Source: an uncultured delta proteobacterium
GTDB lineage: Bacteria; Bdellovibrionota; FAC87; UBA2466
Assembly: GCA_963778115.1 (NCBI GenBank)
Contig: CAVZSV010000004.1
Location: forward strand, 256,001-320,000
DNA: 64,000 nucleotides
Reading direction: 5' to 3'
The first letter of the stretch is position 1, and each line of letters starts with the position of its first letter. The notes below the pieces were generated by a model. That model made no database searches, was not told the origin of the DNA, and was given only the letters and a program-made list of their open reading frames with translations. Positions 29,044 to 38,750 of this stretch are shown in pieces. The translations under genes and the position numbers were made by a program.

Positions 29044-29415
29044 ATGAAAAAAATGCCTCTCCTACTGACGTTAGTTTTGGCTCTGGTTGCTGGCTGCGCG
29101 TCAAAACCGCCCCTCACCTCGCGCCTTTCGAAGGAAGAGGTCGCCACCGTGGTTGCCTCTCACCGCGATGAAATAAAAAGCTGCTATCAGGAGCTCCTCA
29201 AGGAGAACCCCAACGCTTCGGGAAAAGTAGTTTTGCACTTCGTTGTAGATCCTGACGGAAAAGTCGCCGAAGCTTCCATCAAAGATCGAACTATCGCCTC
29301 TGAAGACCTAGGTAGCTGTGTATTAACTCGTTTTCGCAATTGGGAGTTCCCCAAAGCCGGACAACCCACCGAGGTCTTGGCCTATCCTATTTACATGGGT
29401 CGCAAGAAGGGATAG
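29044..29415 (+). CDS. Lipoprotein with AgmX/PglI (TonB C-terminal-like) domain
   Basis: Lipobox VAG-C; IKSCYQELLKENPNASGKVVLHFVVDPDGKV...CVL..FRNWEFP..YP. Confidence 0.8.
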   Translation: MKKMPLLLTLVLALVAGCASKPPLTSRLSKEEVATVVASHRDEIKSCYQELLKENPNASGKVVLHFVVDPDGKVAEASIKDRTIASEDLGSCVLTRFRNWEFPKAGQPTEVLAYPIYMGRKKG

Positions 29416-29427
29416 TCGTTCTTCATT

Positions 29428-30528
29428 GTGAAGATTCCTCCGTTCGAGCTCGAACGCTATTTCGCGCAGCATGAATTTACCGCCCCCCACCCGATGTGTC
29501 TTTCCGATTGTGAATCGCTCAAGGTTAACGATCTGCTCGAGTGGGAACCCGGAGCTTTGGAAAAGCTTAAAGACCTCTGGCTAGGCTATACCGAATCTCA
29601 GGGCGGCCCTGAGCTTCGAAAGACGATAGCTTCCCTCTACCAGTCCATGACACCCGATGAGATCCTGGTCCATGCGGGCGCCGAAGAGCCTATTTTTAAT
29701 TTCATGAATGTTACACTCGAACCAGGCGACCATGTAATCGTACATTGCCCTTGCTACCAGTCGCTAATCCAAATTCCGCAAAGTTTGGGTTGTGAAGTGA
29801 CTCGCTGGGAGGCTGATGCTTCGAGTGACTGGACGCTAGATGTGGACTTTCTAAAAAAGAATCTGCGTCCGACCACTAAAGCAGTCGTTATCAATCTTCC
29901 CCATAATCCGACCGGTTATTTAATGACAAAGCAGGATTTCAAACAGGTGACGGAACTGTTTAAGGGGCACGGCGCCATCCTTTTCGTCGACGAAGTTTAT
30001 CGCGGACTCGAGTATGACCCCAACGATCAGCTTCCTGCAGTTTGCGATGTTTTAGAAAATGCGGTTTCCCTGGGAGTGATGTCGAAAGCCTTTGGACTGG
30101 CGGGGCTACGGATTGGCTGGATAGCTACCCGAAACAAGACCGTCTATAACAGCATGGCGAAATTTAAGGACTTCACCACCATCTGCAACAGTGCTCCGAG
30201 CGAGTTTCTAGCAACCCTAGCGTTGCGACAGCGGGACAAAATCCTGAGTCGAAACCTTGAAGTCATCTCCACCAATCTATCGCTGCTAGATATTTTTTTT
30301 GAATCCCGAAAAGAGAGCCTCTCCTGGAGCCGCCCGAAAGCGGGCTGTATTGCGTTTCCGCAATTAAGAGGTGGTGAAGCCGATTGTTTCTGTGAAAGGA
30401 CTTTAAAAAAATCAGGTGTTCTATTAGCCCCTTCTTCGAAATTTCAATTTGGAGATAGCCATTTTCGGATAGGATTTGGGAGAAAAAATTTGCCGGAAGT
30501 GTTGCGGAGGCTTGGAGAGTTTTGCTGA
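29428..30528 (+). CDS. PLP-dependent class I/II aminotransferase (VioD/capreomycidine-synthase-like subgroup)
   Basis: FELERYF, LGYTESQG, NLPHNPTG, DEVYRGL, MSKAFGLAGLRIGW, HFRIGFG. Confidence 0.85.
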   Translation: MKIPPFELERYFAQHEFTAPHPMCLSDCESLKVNDLLEWEPGALEKLKDLWLGYTESQGGPELRKTIASLYQSMTPDEILVHAGAEEPIFNFMNVTLEPGDHVIVHCPCYQSLIQIPQSLGCEVTRWEADASSDWTLDVDFLKKNLRPTTKAVVINLPHNPTGYLMTKQDFKQVTELFKGHGAILFVDEVYRGLEYDPNDQLPAVCDVLENAVSLGVMSKAFGLAGLRIGWIATRNKTVYNSMAKFKDFTTICNSAPSEFLATLALRQRDKILSRNLEVISTNLSLLDIFFESRKESLSWSRPKAGCIAFPQLRGGEADCFCERTLKKSGVLLAPSSKFQFGDSHFRIGFGRKNLPEVLRRLGEFC

Positions 30529-30541
30529 TTTAAATCCAAAC

Positions 30542-30577
30542 AAAAAAACCGCCGCCCCTCCATCAGAAGGGCGGCGG
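30542..30577 (-). terminator. Rho-independent terminator of the 30600-31445 gene
   Basis: CCGCCGCCC/GGGCGGCGG stem followed by T7 on the minus strand, between convergent genes. Confidence 0.8.
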
Positions 30578-30599
30578 CCTAATCATCAAGTATCTCTAT

Positions 30600-31445
30600 T
30601 CAGTTTTGCGGAAAGACACACGCGAGCTGGCCATCGGCACTGGCGTTTTGTGGGCTTCCGTCATACGAGAAAGAGGAAAGATAAGCTTCGCCTTCTTCGG
30701 TCTTAACCACATTGCTGCGGTCAACCGTCAAAGTGAACGTCCCACCTTTTTTGAAAGGGTCGGTGTACGTTACTTTTTGTCCTTCCTCATTTTTCTCGAC
30801 GTAAATGCTACCCACGTTATGCTCGCCGGCGATGGATTCGACGCCAATCGAGACGACGAGATCGTTACCGCCCAAATCTTCGGTGACGTTAACGTTATAA
30901 CCACCGTCATAGATCCGAGGATACGTGGTGCATCGAACTTCGGTGACCTGAATGGCGTTAGCCTGTTTTTCCAAGGTGCTTAGCTGCGACACCAGTTCCT
31001 TGGCTTCGGGAGCTGTATTTTCCGTGGGATCCTGACAGACGCTCGATTTGAGCAAGAACACTTTGCCGTTGTCGGCGGTGTAAGTCGTGTCATTTAGAGA
31101 AATCGCCATACAGTGAATCTGGCTGGTCTCGGTAACAATCTTTCCATTTCGAGCCGCTTCGATCAGTTCGTCGATGTGGTTCATTTCGGAGGCAGAAAGC
31201 GTCGTCACTTGAGCGCTCTTCACCAAGTCGTTCGTCTTCGAATCACGAACCTCCCGAACTACCTGTCCGTTGGAAAGGACAAGAACGGCATCCGATTGAT
31301 ATCCCTTAATGGCACTCCGGGGTGCGGTTCGCACCTCGAGACGGACATCTTGACCAAAGGGAAGTCCCTGAAACCCAGGGAATCCGGCTTGCGCCATCGA
31401 ACCAGTAATTAATATACCAAGAGCCAATGCTAAGTGTTTCTTCAT
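30600..31445 (-). CDS. Hypothetical secreted two-domain protein
   Basis: AAGGAG RBS, ATG 31445, signal peptide MKKHLALALGILITGSMAQA; two Cys pairs. Confidence 0.7.
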   Translation of the reverse strand: MKKHLALALGILITGSMAQAGFPGFQGLPFGQDVRLEVRTAPRSAIKGYQSDAVLVLSNGQVVREVRDSKTNDLVKSAQVTTLSASEMNHIDELIEAARNGKIVTETSQIHCMAISLNDTTYTADNGKVFLLKSSVCQDPTENTAPEAKELVSQLSTLEKQANAIQVTEVRCTTYPRIYDGGYNVNVTEDLGGNDLVVSIGVESIAGEHNVGSIYVEKNEEGQKVTYTDPFKKGGTFTLTVDRSNVVKTEEGEAYLSSFSYDGSPQNASADGQLACVFPQN

Positions 31446-31497
31446 ATCAAATCTCCTTTTATGGGCAAAAAATGGAAGTGCCCGCGCCAGGCGTCTG

Positions 31498-31513
31498 TGC
31501 AACCGCCATACCA
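31498..31513 (-). promoter_or_regulatory. Putative sigma-54 promoter
   Basis: Minus strand TGGTAT-GGCGG-TTGCA, about 50 bp upstream of ATG 31445. Confidence 0.55.
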
Positions 31514-31645
31514 ATCTTTTTAGGCACGGCATCCCAAAAGACGACTGGTTCCAAACCGTAGCCAAGGTGCCAGAAAGATCTTCTTAGAGAGTTGAGTTCA
31601 GGCCAGTGGCGAGTTTTGGAGCGGTGTGCTATCTCTTTCGCTCCG

Positions 31646-33178
31646 ATGCAAACGCTTTCAAATATTGTTCTTGAGCTGGGAGAGGATCTCGAAGAGAAGC
31701 TTAAACTTCTCTCCCCGGGCTTTAGCTCTTACCGGTTGCTCAAAAAATCCATCGATGCCCGCTCTTCGGTACCCCACTGGGTGCTCACCGTGGACGTCTT
31801 TGCTCCGGGAGAAGAGAAGACCTCTGCCCAATTTGAAGTTTCTCCTATTTCCGTCCCGAGCACTTTACTTCCCGTCATCATAGTGGGTGCCGGTCCCGCG
31901 GGCCTCTTCGCAGCACTAAGACTCTGTGAACGAAAGATTCCTTCTCTTCTTTTGGAACAAGGATCAGAGGCCCCAAAACGGATGCGCAGTATCGCCGATT
32001 ACTGGCGCTATGGAAGGCTAGATCCCAATAATAACGTCTGCTACGGAGAGGGCGGAGCCGGCCTTTATTCCGACGGAAAACTGATCACCCGAATCAAGTC
32101 GCCCTACATTCCGTATGTGCTAAATCGACTAGTCAAATTTGGAGCCCCCGAAGAGATCGAATATTTGGCCAATCCCCATGTGGGCTCCGACAAGATCCGA
32201 AAGGTAATCCCCCCACTTCGAGAATATCTAAAAGCACAGGGCTGCCGAGTTCGTTTTGATACTAAAGTGAAAGCGCTTCTTTATGAAAACCAGCGCGTCA
32301 CGGGAGTGAAACTTGTCGAGGGAACCGAAATCCGAGGCAGTAGTGTTGTGCTAGCCACCGGCCATTCGGCCACAGACATTTTGGAACACCTAAACGAAAA
32401 TGGAGTTGCCCTTGAAGGCAAATCATTTGCGGTAGGTCTTCGCATCGAACACCCTCAGAACGAAATCGATCGCATTCAGTTCCGATCCTATGCGGGAAAC
32501 CCGGAACTGGGAGCCGCTAACTACCGTTTGACCGATCACGACGATCGTACAGGAATCGGAGTCTATAGTTTTTGCATGTGTCCCGGAGGCTATGTCATCG
32601 GCAGTAGTACCGAATCAGATGCCGTTGTTGCCAATGGAATGAGTAACTACGCTCGTAACTCGCCTTTCGCTAACGCGGCTATCGTTATCTCCATCGATCA
32701 CCATCAACATTTTGGAAATGATATCTTCGGAGGATTAAAATTCCGTCGTGAATTAGAACTAGCGGCAAGAGCCCAGGTAACTACCGCCGGCGGCAGCAAA
32801 GAATTTCCCGTTCAGCCCGTTATGGATTTTATCGCTAGAAAGTCCGGCCCCGCCCTTCCCTCTTCAAGTCCATCTGGTGTGGTAGCCACCCGGTTAGACA
32901 AGCTTTTGCCACATCCCATTTACGAAAGATTAGTCAAAAGTTTGGAGCGATTTCAAGGAAAGATGCCGGGATTTTTGTCCCCACACGCCCAGTTTCACGG
33001 AATTGAATCCAGGACCTCTTGCCCCGTCCGAGTCGTGCGCGACAAAGAAACGTTACAATCCACAAGCCACTGCGGCCTGTACCCGACCGGGGAAGGGGCG
33101 GGCTATGCGGGTGGTATTACCAGTGCTGCGGTCGATGGGGTTAGGATTGCCGAGGCTATTGTCGCAAGTCTCTGCTAG
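31646..33178 (+). CDS. NAD(P)/FAD-dependent oxidoreductase (HI0933-like, uncharacterised FAD dehydrogenase family)
   Basis: IVGAGPAG, GEGGAGLYSDGKL, SFCMCPGG, ESRTS, GEGAGYAGGITSAAVDG. Confidence 0.88.
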   Translation: MQTLSNIVLELGEDLEEKLKLLSPGFSSYRLLKKSIDARSSVPHWVLTVDVFAPGEEKTSAQFEVSPISVPSTLLPVIIVGAGPAGLFAALRLCERKIPSLLLEQGSEAPKRMRSIADYWRYGRLDPNNNVCYGEGGAGLYSDGKLITRIKSPYIPYVLNRLVKFGAPEEIEYLANPHVGSDKIRKVIPPLREYLKAQGCRVRFDTKVKALLYENQRVTGVKLVEGTEIRGSSVVLATGHSATDILEHLNENGVALEGKSFAVGLRIEHPQNEIDRIQFRSYAGNPELGAANYRLTDHDDRTGIGVYSFCMCPGGYVIGSSTESDAVVANGMSNYARNSPFANAAIVISIDHHQHFGNDIFGGLKFRRELELAARAQVTTAGGSKEFPVQPVMDFIARKSGPALPSSSPSGVVATRLDKLLPHPIYERLVKSLERFQGKMPGFLSPHAQFHGIESRTSCPVRVVRDKETLQSTSHCGLYPTGEGAGYAGGITSAAVDGVRIAEAIVASLC

Positions 33179-35486
33179 CATTCGCCACAATACTGGGTCC
33201 ACAAGCGAGTCGAAAACGAGCCAAGGAGGTCGGCATCATCGACCACGAATGGACTCTACTTCCCCTGGCGTCTAGTTGTTCCACTATGATTTTTCGATCA
33301 TAGGGTTGCGAGTGGCCCTCGACAGAAATTCTAATGCGAACTTCCCGACGCGGAAGTCTTTGATCTTGAGCCGCCGAAATAGCCCCTTCGGTAAAATCAA
33401 TCGCAAGGCCTCGTAGGGCTCGCGGACCCAATTGCTCGTAGGTGGAAAATGCGGAAAGCAGTTCCGTGAGCGAGGGATCGATATCGAGTTGAATCTGATT
33501 CGACTTTCGAATCCGCTCGGCAATTCTATTAAACCAGTTCGCCATCATGCCTGGATACTCGGAACGGGGCGCCGGCCCCAACAGATAGACCCCGCCTGAA
33601 TTTTTTGCACGATCTAAAAGCGCTATCGGAATGGCACCAATGGTCTTGTTCTTCTTTCCGGTAGTAAATGCATCATCGATCTGTCTTTGGGTCATGCTGC
33701 CCATCATCGCATCAATTTCAAGCTCTGACTTATTCTCGAAGAGATCCTCGCCAAACTGCCCCATGATAAACATGGGAAAACGAAGAGGGCGCTCTCTGGA
33801 ATCGAGCCCTTTGGGACGAATGGCTCCCTGTTCCACCAAGACTTTAAGCTTATCGAACTCTTCGGAGGGGGTGTCGTAAGCTTCATTAAATCCGATAACC
33901 CCGTGACCGTATCCCTCATCAAGAGCACGGACCAAAAGCCCCTGCTCTTCGTCGGAATGGTTTCCCAAAGGGGGGCCCGTAATTAGGGAGTCCAGACCAA
34001 ATCCTCGCTCGCCAGCGATACTAAAGTTAAATTTTTTGCCATCATGACCAAATAGCGCCCAATTAAGAGCAGCAAGCAAAGTGTCTTTGCCGCTTCCCGT
34101 GGGACCACCAATGATGAAGACGGGGACCTCTTCGGACATTCCAAGCCGAGCCCAAGTCTTTATACGGTTACAAATTTTCGAGACCACTTCATTATTGTCC
34201 TTGAAACGTTCTCTGACCCGCTCTTCGAGATTATAAAAAGGAGGCTCCCCGTTGGGGCCGTCAAACCACACGTCGGTCAACCCCGCTCGGCGCATCAGAA
34301 ACTCTTGGGCATCCAGCAAGGAGATATAGTCGGCGTCCTCACCTGGATGGCGCCTTTTCCAAATGAAAAGCGCGTTGGTGGATTGGAGCACACTCGCTGA
34401 CATGGCTAGCGGTGGGGAAGTCAAAAATTTTCGGTTGTGAATAATAAAGCGAATCGCGTCGTCTGAAATGATCCTTCGGTATCGGTTCTCCCACTCCTCG
34501 CTCGCTTTGCCTCGGACAATGGCAAAAGCCTCGTCTTCGCTAGGTTCGGGCTGAATAATTTTAGTATTTCTACGTTCGACGGCGGAATCCCCTCGAACGA
34601 GCCTACGGTATTCGTCGGGTGTCGTTAGCGAAAGACTCGAAAATCCAGGATCGGCACCTCGCATGGAAATACGACCCGGATCTTTAAAACCGGATTCGTC
34701 TTGAATGGTCTTTAAAGTCTCCATGACGAGCCTGGGCATATTGCCGAACTCTTCGAACACGAACAGCGTTCGCCTTCCCGTCCGGCCCTTATTTTCGTCC
34801 GTCCGTTTATATTCCTTCTTGGCGTGATCGAAAAGATCGGTAAGAACCGCCTTCATGCGAAGTTCTTGTCCAGCCCACGGCTGCCCCTTAGATTCGGGAG
34901 GATGACTCAAAAGCTGTTCGTTAATCAGAAAAACGTCGGTCTTTCCGAAGAAGGCCGCCGGGATGCTATCGGGGTCCAATAACTCGTCATCTGACACGTG
35001 TAATGCCTCTTGGAGGTACTCCGGCATCAGTCCCAAGGAATACAGGGCTGTAATCTGATCCAAGAGAAAGGTCTTCCCGACTCCGGCCTGTCCCAGAACA
35101 ATCCCGTTGTTGTATTCAGTCGTTTGGAAGGCATCAAAGATATAGACCAAAGTTTGGACGGACTGCCTGGAAAAGACGTCAAAAAAAAGCGCGTCCACCC
35201 TCTCTGGCTTTGAAAAATCGACATTAGCCCTCTGAAGTCTTCGATAGAGTCGAAGGGTGAGATTAAAGGCCGCCGGATCGGGAATCTTTAATTGCTGGCT
35301 CAAATAACGATTTACTTCATTATTCTCACAAGAGGCCAACCCCTCGGCGATCGAAAGTTCCCGCGCTTGTACTATTTTGTTTTGTTGGGACGGCGACTTT
35401 GCGAATGCTTCGGCAAGCGGAAACAGAAATGGGATACACAACACAACCCTTAAGAAGACGAAACGCAACCCACGTTCGGCCATCAA
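33156..35486 (-). CDS. Divergent Clp/Hsp100-like protein with two AAA+ modules and a putative signal peptide
   Basis: GQAGVGKT, FVFEEF, TTPDEYRR..GDSAVERR, EPSEDEA; GPTGSGKD, LITGPPLG..EEQGLL, GFNEA, GPRALR. Confidence 0.75.
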   Translation of the reverse strand: MMAERGLRFVFLRVVLCIPFLFPLAEAFAKSPSQQNKIVQARELSIAEGLASCENNEVNRYLSQQLKIPDPAAFNLTLRLYRRLQRANVDFSKPERVDALFFDVFSRQSVQTLVYIFDAFQTTEYNNGIVLGQAGVGKTFLLDQITALYSLGLMPEYLQEALHVSDDELLDPDSIPAAFFGKTDVFLINEQLLSHPPESKGQPWAGQELRMKAVLTDLFDHAKKEYKRTDENKGRTGRRTLFVFEEFGNMPRLVMETLKTIQDESGFKDPGRISMRGADPGFSSLSLTTPDEYRRLVRGDSAVERRNTKIIQPEPSEDEAFAIVRGKASEEWENRYRRIISDDAIRFIIHNRKFLTSPPLAMSASVLQSTNALFIWKRRHPGEDADYISLLDAQEFLMRRAGLTDVWFDGPNGEPPFYNLEERVRERFKDNNEVVSKICNRIKTWARLGMSEEVPVFIIGGPTGSGKDTLLAALNWALFGHDGKKFNFSIAGERGFGLDSLITGPPLGNHSDEEQGLLVRALDEGYGHGVIGFNEAYDTPSEEFDKLKVLVEQGAIRPKGLDSRERPLRFPMFIMGQFGEDLFENKSELEIDAMMGSMTQRQIDDAFTTGKKNKTIGAIPIALLDRAKNSGGVYLLGPAPRSEYPGMMANWFNRIAERIRKSNQIQLDIDPSLTELLSAFSTYEQLGPRALRGLAIDFTEGAISAAQDQRLPRREVRIRISVEGHSQPYDRKIIVEQLDARGSRVHSWSMMPTSLARFRLACGPSIVANASRDLRQ

Positions 35487-35652
35487 CCCCCCAAACCCTA
35501 ATTAATTTCTATGGATCTAGCATGGTAACGCAGAGCATTCTACCGTTTTTTATGCGGAGTATTAACGCGTTACGTCATTGAAAAGTAACCGAGGCCTCAC
35601 CTGAAGGGAGGGGGCCATTCCATTGAGGTGATCTTCCCCTCGTAAAGGGGAC

Positions 35653-35679
35653 GGTTAGTTAAGCAACTGACCTTTCTTT
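35653..35679 (+). terminator. Terminator-like hairpin in a long intergenic region
   Basis: GGTTAGTT-AAGC-AACTGACC followed by TTTCTTT. Confidence 0.4.
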
Positions 35680-36450
35680 CGGCTTTCACCGACCTACGCA
35701 ATCGGCTTACTAATTCACTATTATTTAAAGAAAGGGCTATGAAATCTTGTCTCCACATAAAAACCTCCGTGTTGCTCTATTTCTAACACGGGTTTTGGGA
35801 GTGACTTTTTTTGCGATATTTAAGGCGCCACAACATGATTCGAATCATGTTAGGGGCCCAGGTGATTCTTCAAAAGCCATTCTCGTAGCATCGATTGAAA
35901 CGAAAAGGAGAGCGGTTTATTCATTAGCCGACAAGTCACGACTACCACGACCCGATTCTATACCGAATCGCGTCAATCATTATTTTTCCGACGCTTCGTA
36001 TTTTTTTCTCCTCGTCCCGGATTCTTGGGTTCGGGGGTTTACGGTCCCTTTGGCGTTGGGGTGCGTAAGAGTTGTTTATTCAAGAGCGTCCAACAGGGGT
36101 ACCGTCGCGCCCGCTCTATTCGCTCGTGCCTTCCCCACGCGGGCTGCGTTCTTAAATCCCGCGGCAACCAGGGCTCTTACTTTTCCAAAACCTGTCCTAT
36201 AAGTTCTTGCTGTCTTTTGTCCGGGGCCGTTACGAAAACGGGATAGACATTTTTCGGCCCCTAGCTTCACTGACGTTTTTGGGTTTATTTCTTTCCCTCT
36301 GGATTCAAAGGGCTTCTACATGCGTGAAGGTTCTTTATGCTTATCTCTGTGTCCACTTGTTTCAGGAGGTTCACCTCGCAATGCCAGTTAAAACGCTCAC
36401 GCTCATGTCCTAGTTTTACGTTCAAGTTCATGTTCACGACGGGGCTGGGA

Positions 36451-37119
36451 CTACTTACAGGCCCTGAGCGACAAAAGCGCAATATAGCTCTCCGCCGCTT
36501 TGGCTACCTCAAATTCGTTTCCGAATCTCTCGCTAATCATGATCCATTCGATGTGCGGTACTTGCTTCGAAAGCGTCTTATCCAAAACGATTTTTCCTTG
36601 ACGATTGGAGAACCAAATATATTCCACTGAAGTGACCTTGGAATAGATGACGGGGTAGACAATCATGTCGTATTTGCCAGGCCCCTTCGGAAGTCTCAAA
36701 AGAAAATTCTTACTGTAGGGAACTACCCGGTAACAAAAATCATCTAGCGGGATCTCTGTCTTAGTGATTTCGCCCGGAGGAAACAAACCTCCTAGCCCCG
36801 GTCCATTTCCGTCTCCTTCGGGAAGCCTTTCTCGTCTATCACGCTCGGCACCGTCTGGATGGCGGCCGCCAAATCTTCTGGGGAAGACTAGATCCAATAA
36901 TTTCTCGGAATCAATACCGGCCGTTAGTGCCGCTTTCTTGATGTCCCCTAGCGCTTTGGCTTTTTCCTCAATTCCCAAAGCGTCTATTTCTAGCTTTCCC
37001 ATTTCAATTCCTGGGATCGCTTCTCCGATATCTTTCATCACATCACTAATCGGATCTTCATCCGCGAAAACCGGAAAACAAATTACCATTAGCCCTAGCA
37101 TCGTTATTAACGTTTTCAT
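36451..37119 (-). CDS. Hypothetical secreted protein, last gene of the DUF1566 operon
   Basis: GAGGT RBS, signal peptide MKTLITMLGLMVICFPVFA. Confidence 0.7.
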   Translation of the reverse strand: MKTLITMLGLMVICFPVFADEDPISDVMKDIGEAIPGIEMGKLEIDALGIEEKAKALGDIKKAALTAGIDSEKLLDLVFPRRFGGRHPDGAERDRRERLPEGDGNGPGLGGLFPPGEITKTEIPLDDFCYRVVPYSKNFLLRLPKGPGKYDMIVYPVIYSKVTSVEYIWFSNRQGKIVLDKTLSKQVPHIEWIMISERFGNEFEVAKAAESYIALLSLRACK

Positions 37120-37130
37120 TCTCGTACCTC

Positions 37131-38750
37131 TCATCCCTTCGTATCGTGAACACAAATGACTTCGCCTCGAGGCGAAAGGGATTTCGCGGCATAGGCCCCC
37201 GTCCCGTCCACGGCGTAATCCCTCTCACATTTATTCTCCGCAAAATCACATCTAAAAACGGTGAACCTAATTTGCTGATAACTAGGATTAAACTCAATAA
37301 TCGGATAATCATCCTTGTAGGGAGGAGCCACCCAAAACTTACCGCGCGCTGCCTCTAGGAGTCCATCTCGTCCTAGAGCGTAGCCAAAAAATTGCGCTCG
37401 GGCGATACGTCTTCCCTCGGTGTAGGAGGGAATTCGCCAGCCAGTAAGCCCATTCCAATTCAAAGCCGCACAGTAGCCAACGGCTTCATCATAAAAAATG
37501 CCCCGCTCATCCCCACGTTGGAGGTAAACGGTTTGAGGGGCCGACACGATGACTGGCCCGACCTGATTAGATTTAAACGCACACTGCACCCCCGGCCTGT
37601 CGCAGGGAACCCGCTCTCGAGTTCCCCATTTGGTACTCCAGTCTTTCCACAAGAGTTCGCCTTCGCTTCTCAAGCAGCGAAACGAGGACTTCATCTGCAA
37701 AGAAAGGTTTCTACTATCGTCCGTCGCTACATTAACCACACGATGCTTATCCAGCTCTTCGCTTCCAGGAACCACGACCTGCGGAAATCCGGTCGTCCAT
37801 AGAAAGACATTACTAGATCCAAAGTAGGGGAATGCCTCGGAAATCGCATTCAAGCGTCGCTCTAGAAACAGAGTTTCTCTAAGTCCGGGCATTCTCCAGT
37901 CGTCGTAACCGCCCCAATTTAACTCTGAGCAGTACTCACTACTCTCACTAAAGTTTTTTTGCACCATTCTCTCTGGAGTTGAGGGTTCCATCCCTGGAGT
38001 CAGGCCGGTAATGGAAATCCCCGTATTCTCCTCTTTAAAGGTGCATTGATCGGCTGGATCCAAACAGAAAGAGGCATTGGAACCGTCTTCGTTTAGACTT
38101 ACATTATGCATTCCCGCGACATCTCTCGGAGGCGCTACATGCTTGCCTACGACTTCGTAAGTTAATTCTTGGTAAACCTCTCCGCGAGTTAAGAAGTGCA
38201 TTTTGGGAGCTCCATCATCACCACTCTCTTTTTCCACAGTAGTTTGGCCCAGCTCGGCCGTCATCTCATTGGACTTCCCTTCTTGGAGTTCCAAGACTGC
38301 CGAGTGCACCGCGTGCTCTGCTGCCGCAAAGGCAGGCAGTGTCTTTTCCAAGAAAGACTTCATCTGCCGGGTGCCTTGTTGATAACTAGAAATCACTTTC
38401 GCTGTGGTATCCGCGTTCATACCGGCAAATAGAGATTTGGGTATTTTGAATTCCATCCCGGCCACCTCAAAACTCGTCATCGCACCAGGTTCCGCATTGT
38501 CTAGAATAGCATCGACAATTAACGCATTATTCATTTGAAGTATCCCAGTACTTCGCAATCCACTCTTGAGGGCTAACTGTGATGGTTCATCTAACTTGTT
38601 CCAAACCGCTTCCGGAAAATCCACGTAAATTTCATTCCCACAGTCTAAGCGAAACCTTTTCCATTCTTTCGCTTCAAGTACCGAGAAAGAAAAGAAACAC
38701 AGAACCCACATACTCAATAGCTTCATCATATGAATCACCCTGTACTTCAT
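37131..38750 (-). CDS. Secreted protein with two DUF1566 (Lcl C-terminal, C-type-lectin-like) domains
   Basis: YCSELNWGGYDDWRMPGLRE...FRCLR and YCAALNWNGLTGWRIPSYTE...VICVH. Confidence 0.78.
   Translation of the reverse strand: MKYRVIHMMKLLSMWVLCFFSFSVLEAKEWKRFRLDCGNEIYVDFPEAVWNKLDEPSQLALKSGLRSTGILQMNNALIVDAILDNAEPGAMTSFEVAGMEFKIPKSLFAGMNADTTAKVISSYQQGTRQMKSFLEKTLPAFAAAEHAVHSAVLELQEGKSNEMTAELGQTTVEKESGDDGAPKMHFLTRGEVYQELTYEVVGKHVAPPRDVAGMHNVSLNEDGSNASFCLDPADQCTFKEENTGISITGLTPGMEPSTPERMVQKNFSESSEYCSELNWGGYDDWRMPGLRETLFLERRLNAISEAFPYFGSSNVFLWTTGFPQVVVPGSEELDKHRVVNVATDDSRNLSLQMKSSFRCLRSEGELLWKDWSTKWGTRERVPCDRPGVQCAFKSNQVGPVIVSAPQTVYLQRGDERGIFYDEAVGYCAALNWNGLTGWRIPSYTEGRRIARAQFFGYALGRDGLLEAARGKFWVAPPYKDDYPIIEFNPSYQQIRFTVFRCDFAENKCERDYAVDGTGAYAAKSLSPRGEVICVHDTKG

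Noticed and set aside
29428..30528. Capreomycidine/viomycin biosynthesis
   Set aside because: Stand-alone aminotransferase without a VioC-type oxygenase or NRPS
35747..36413. Short ORFs in the 35.5-36.4 kb gap, and likewise 63623-63937
   Set aside because: Non-ATG starts, no recognisable motifs, biased composition, and they overlap dispersed repeat motifs
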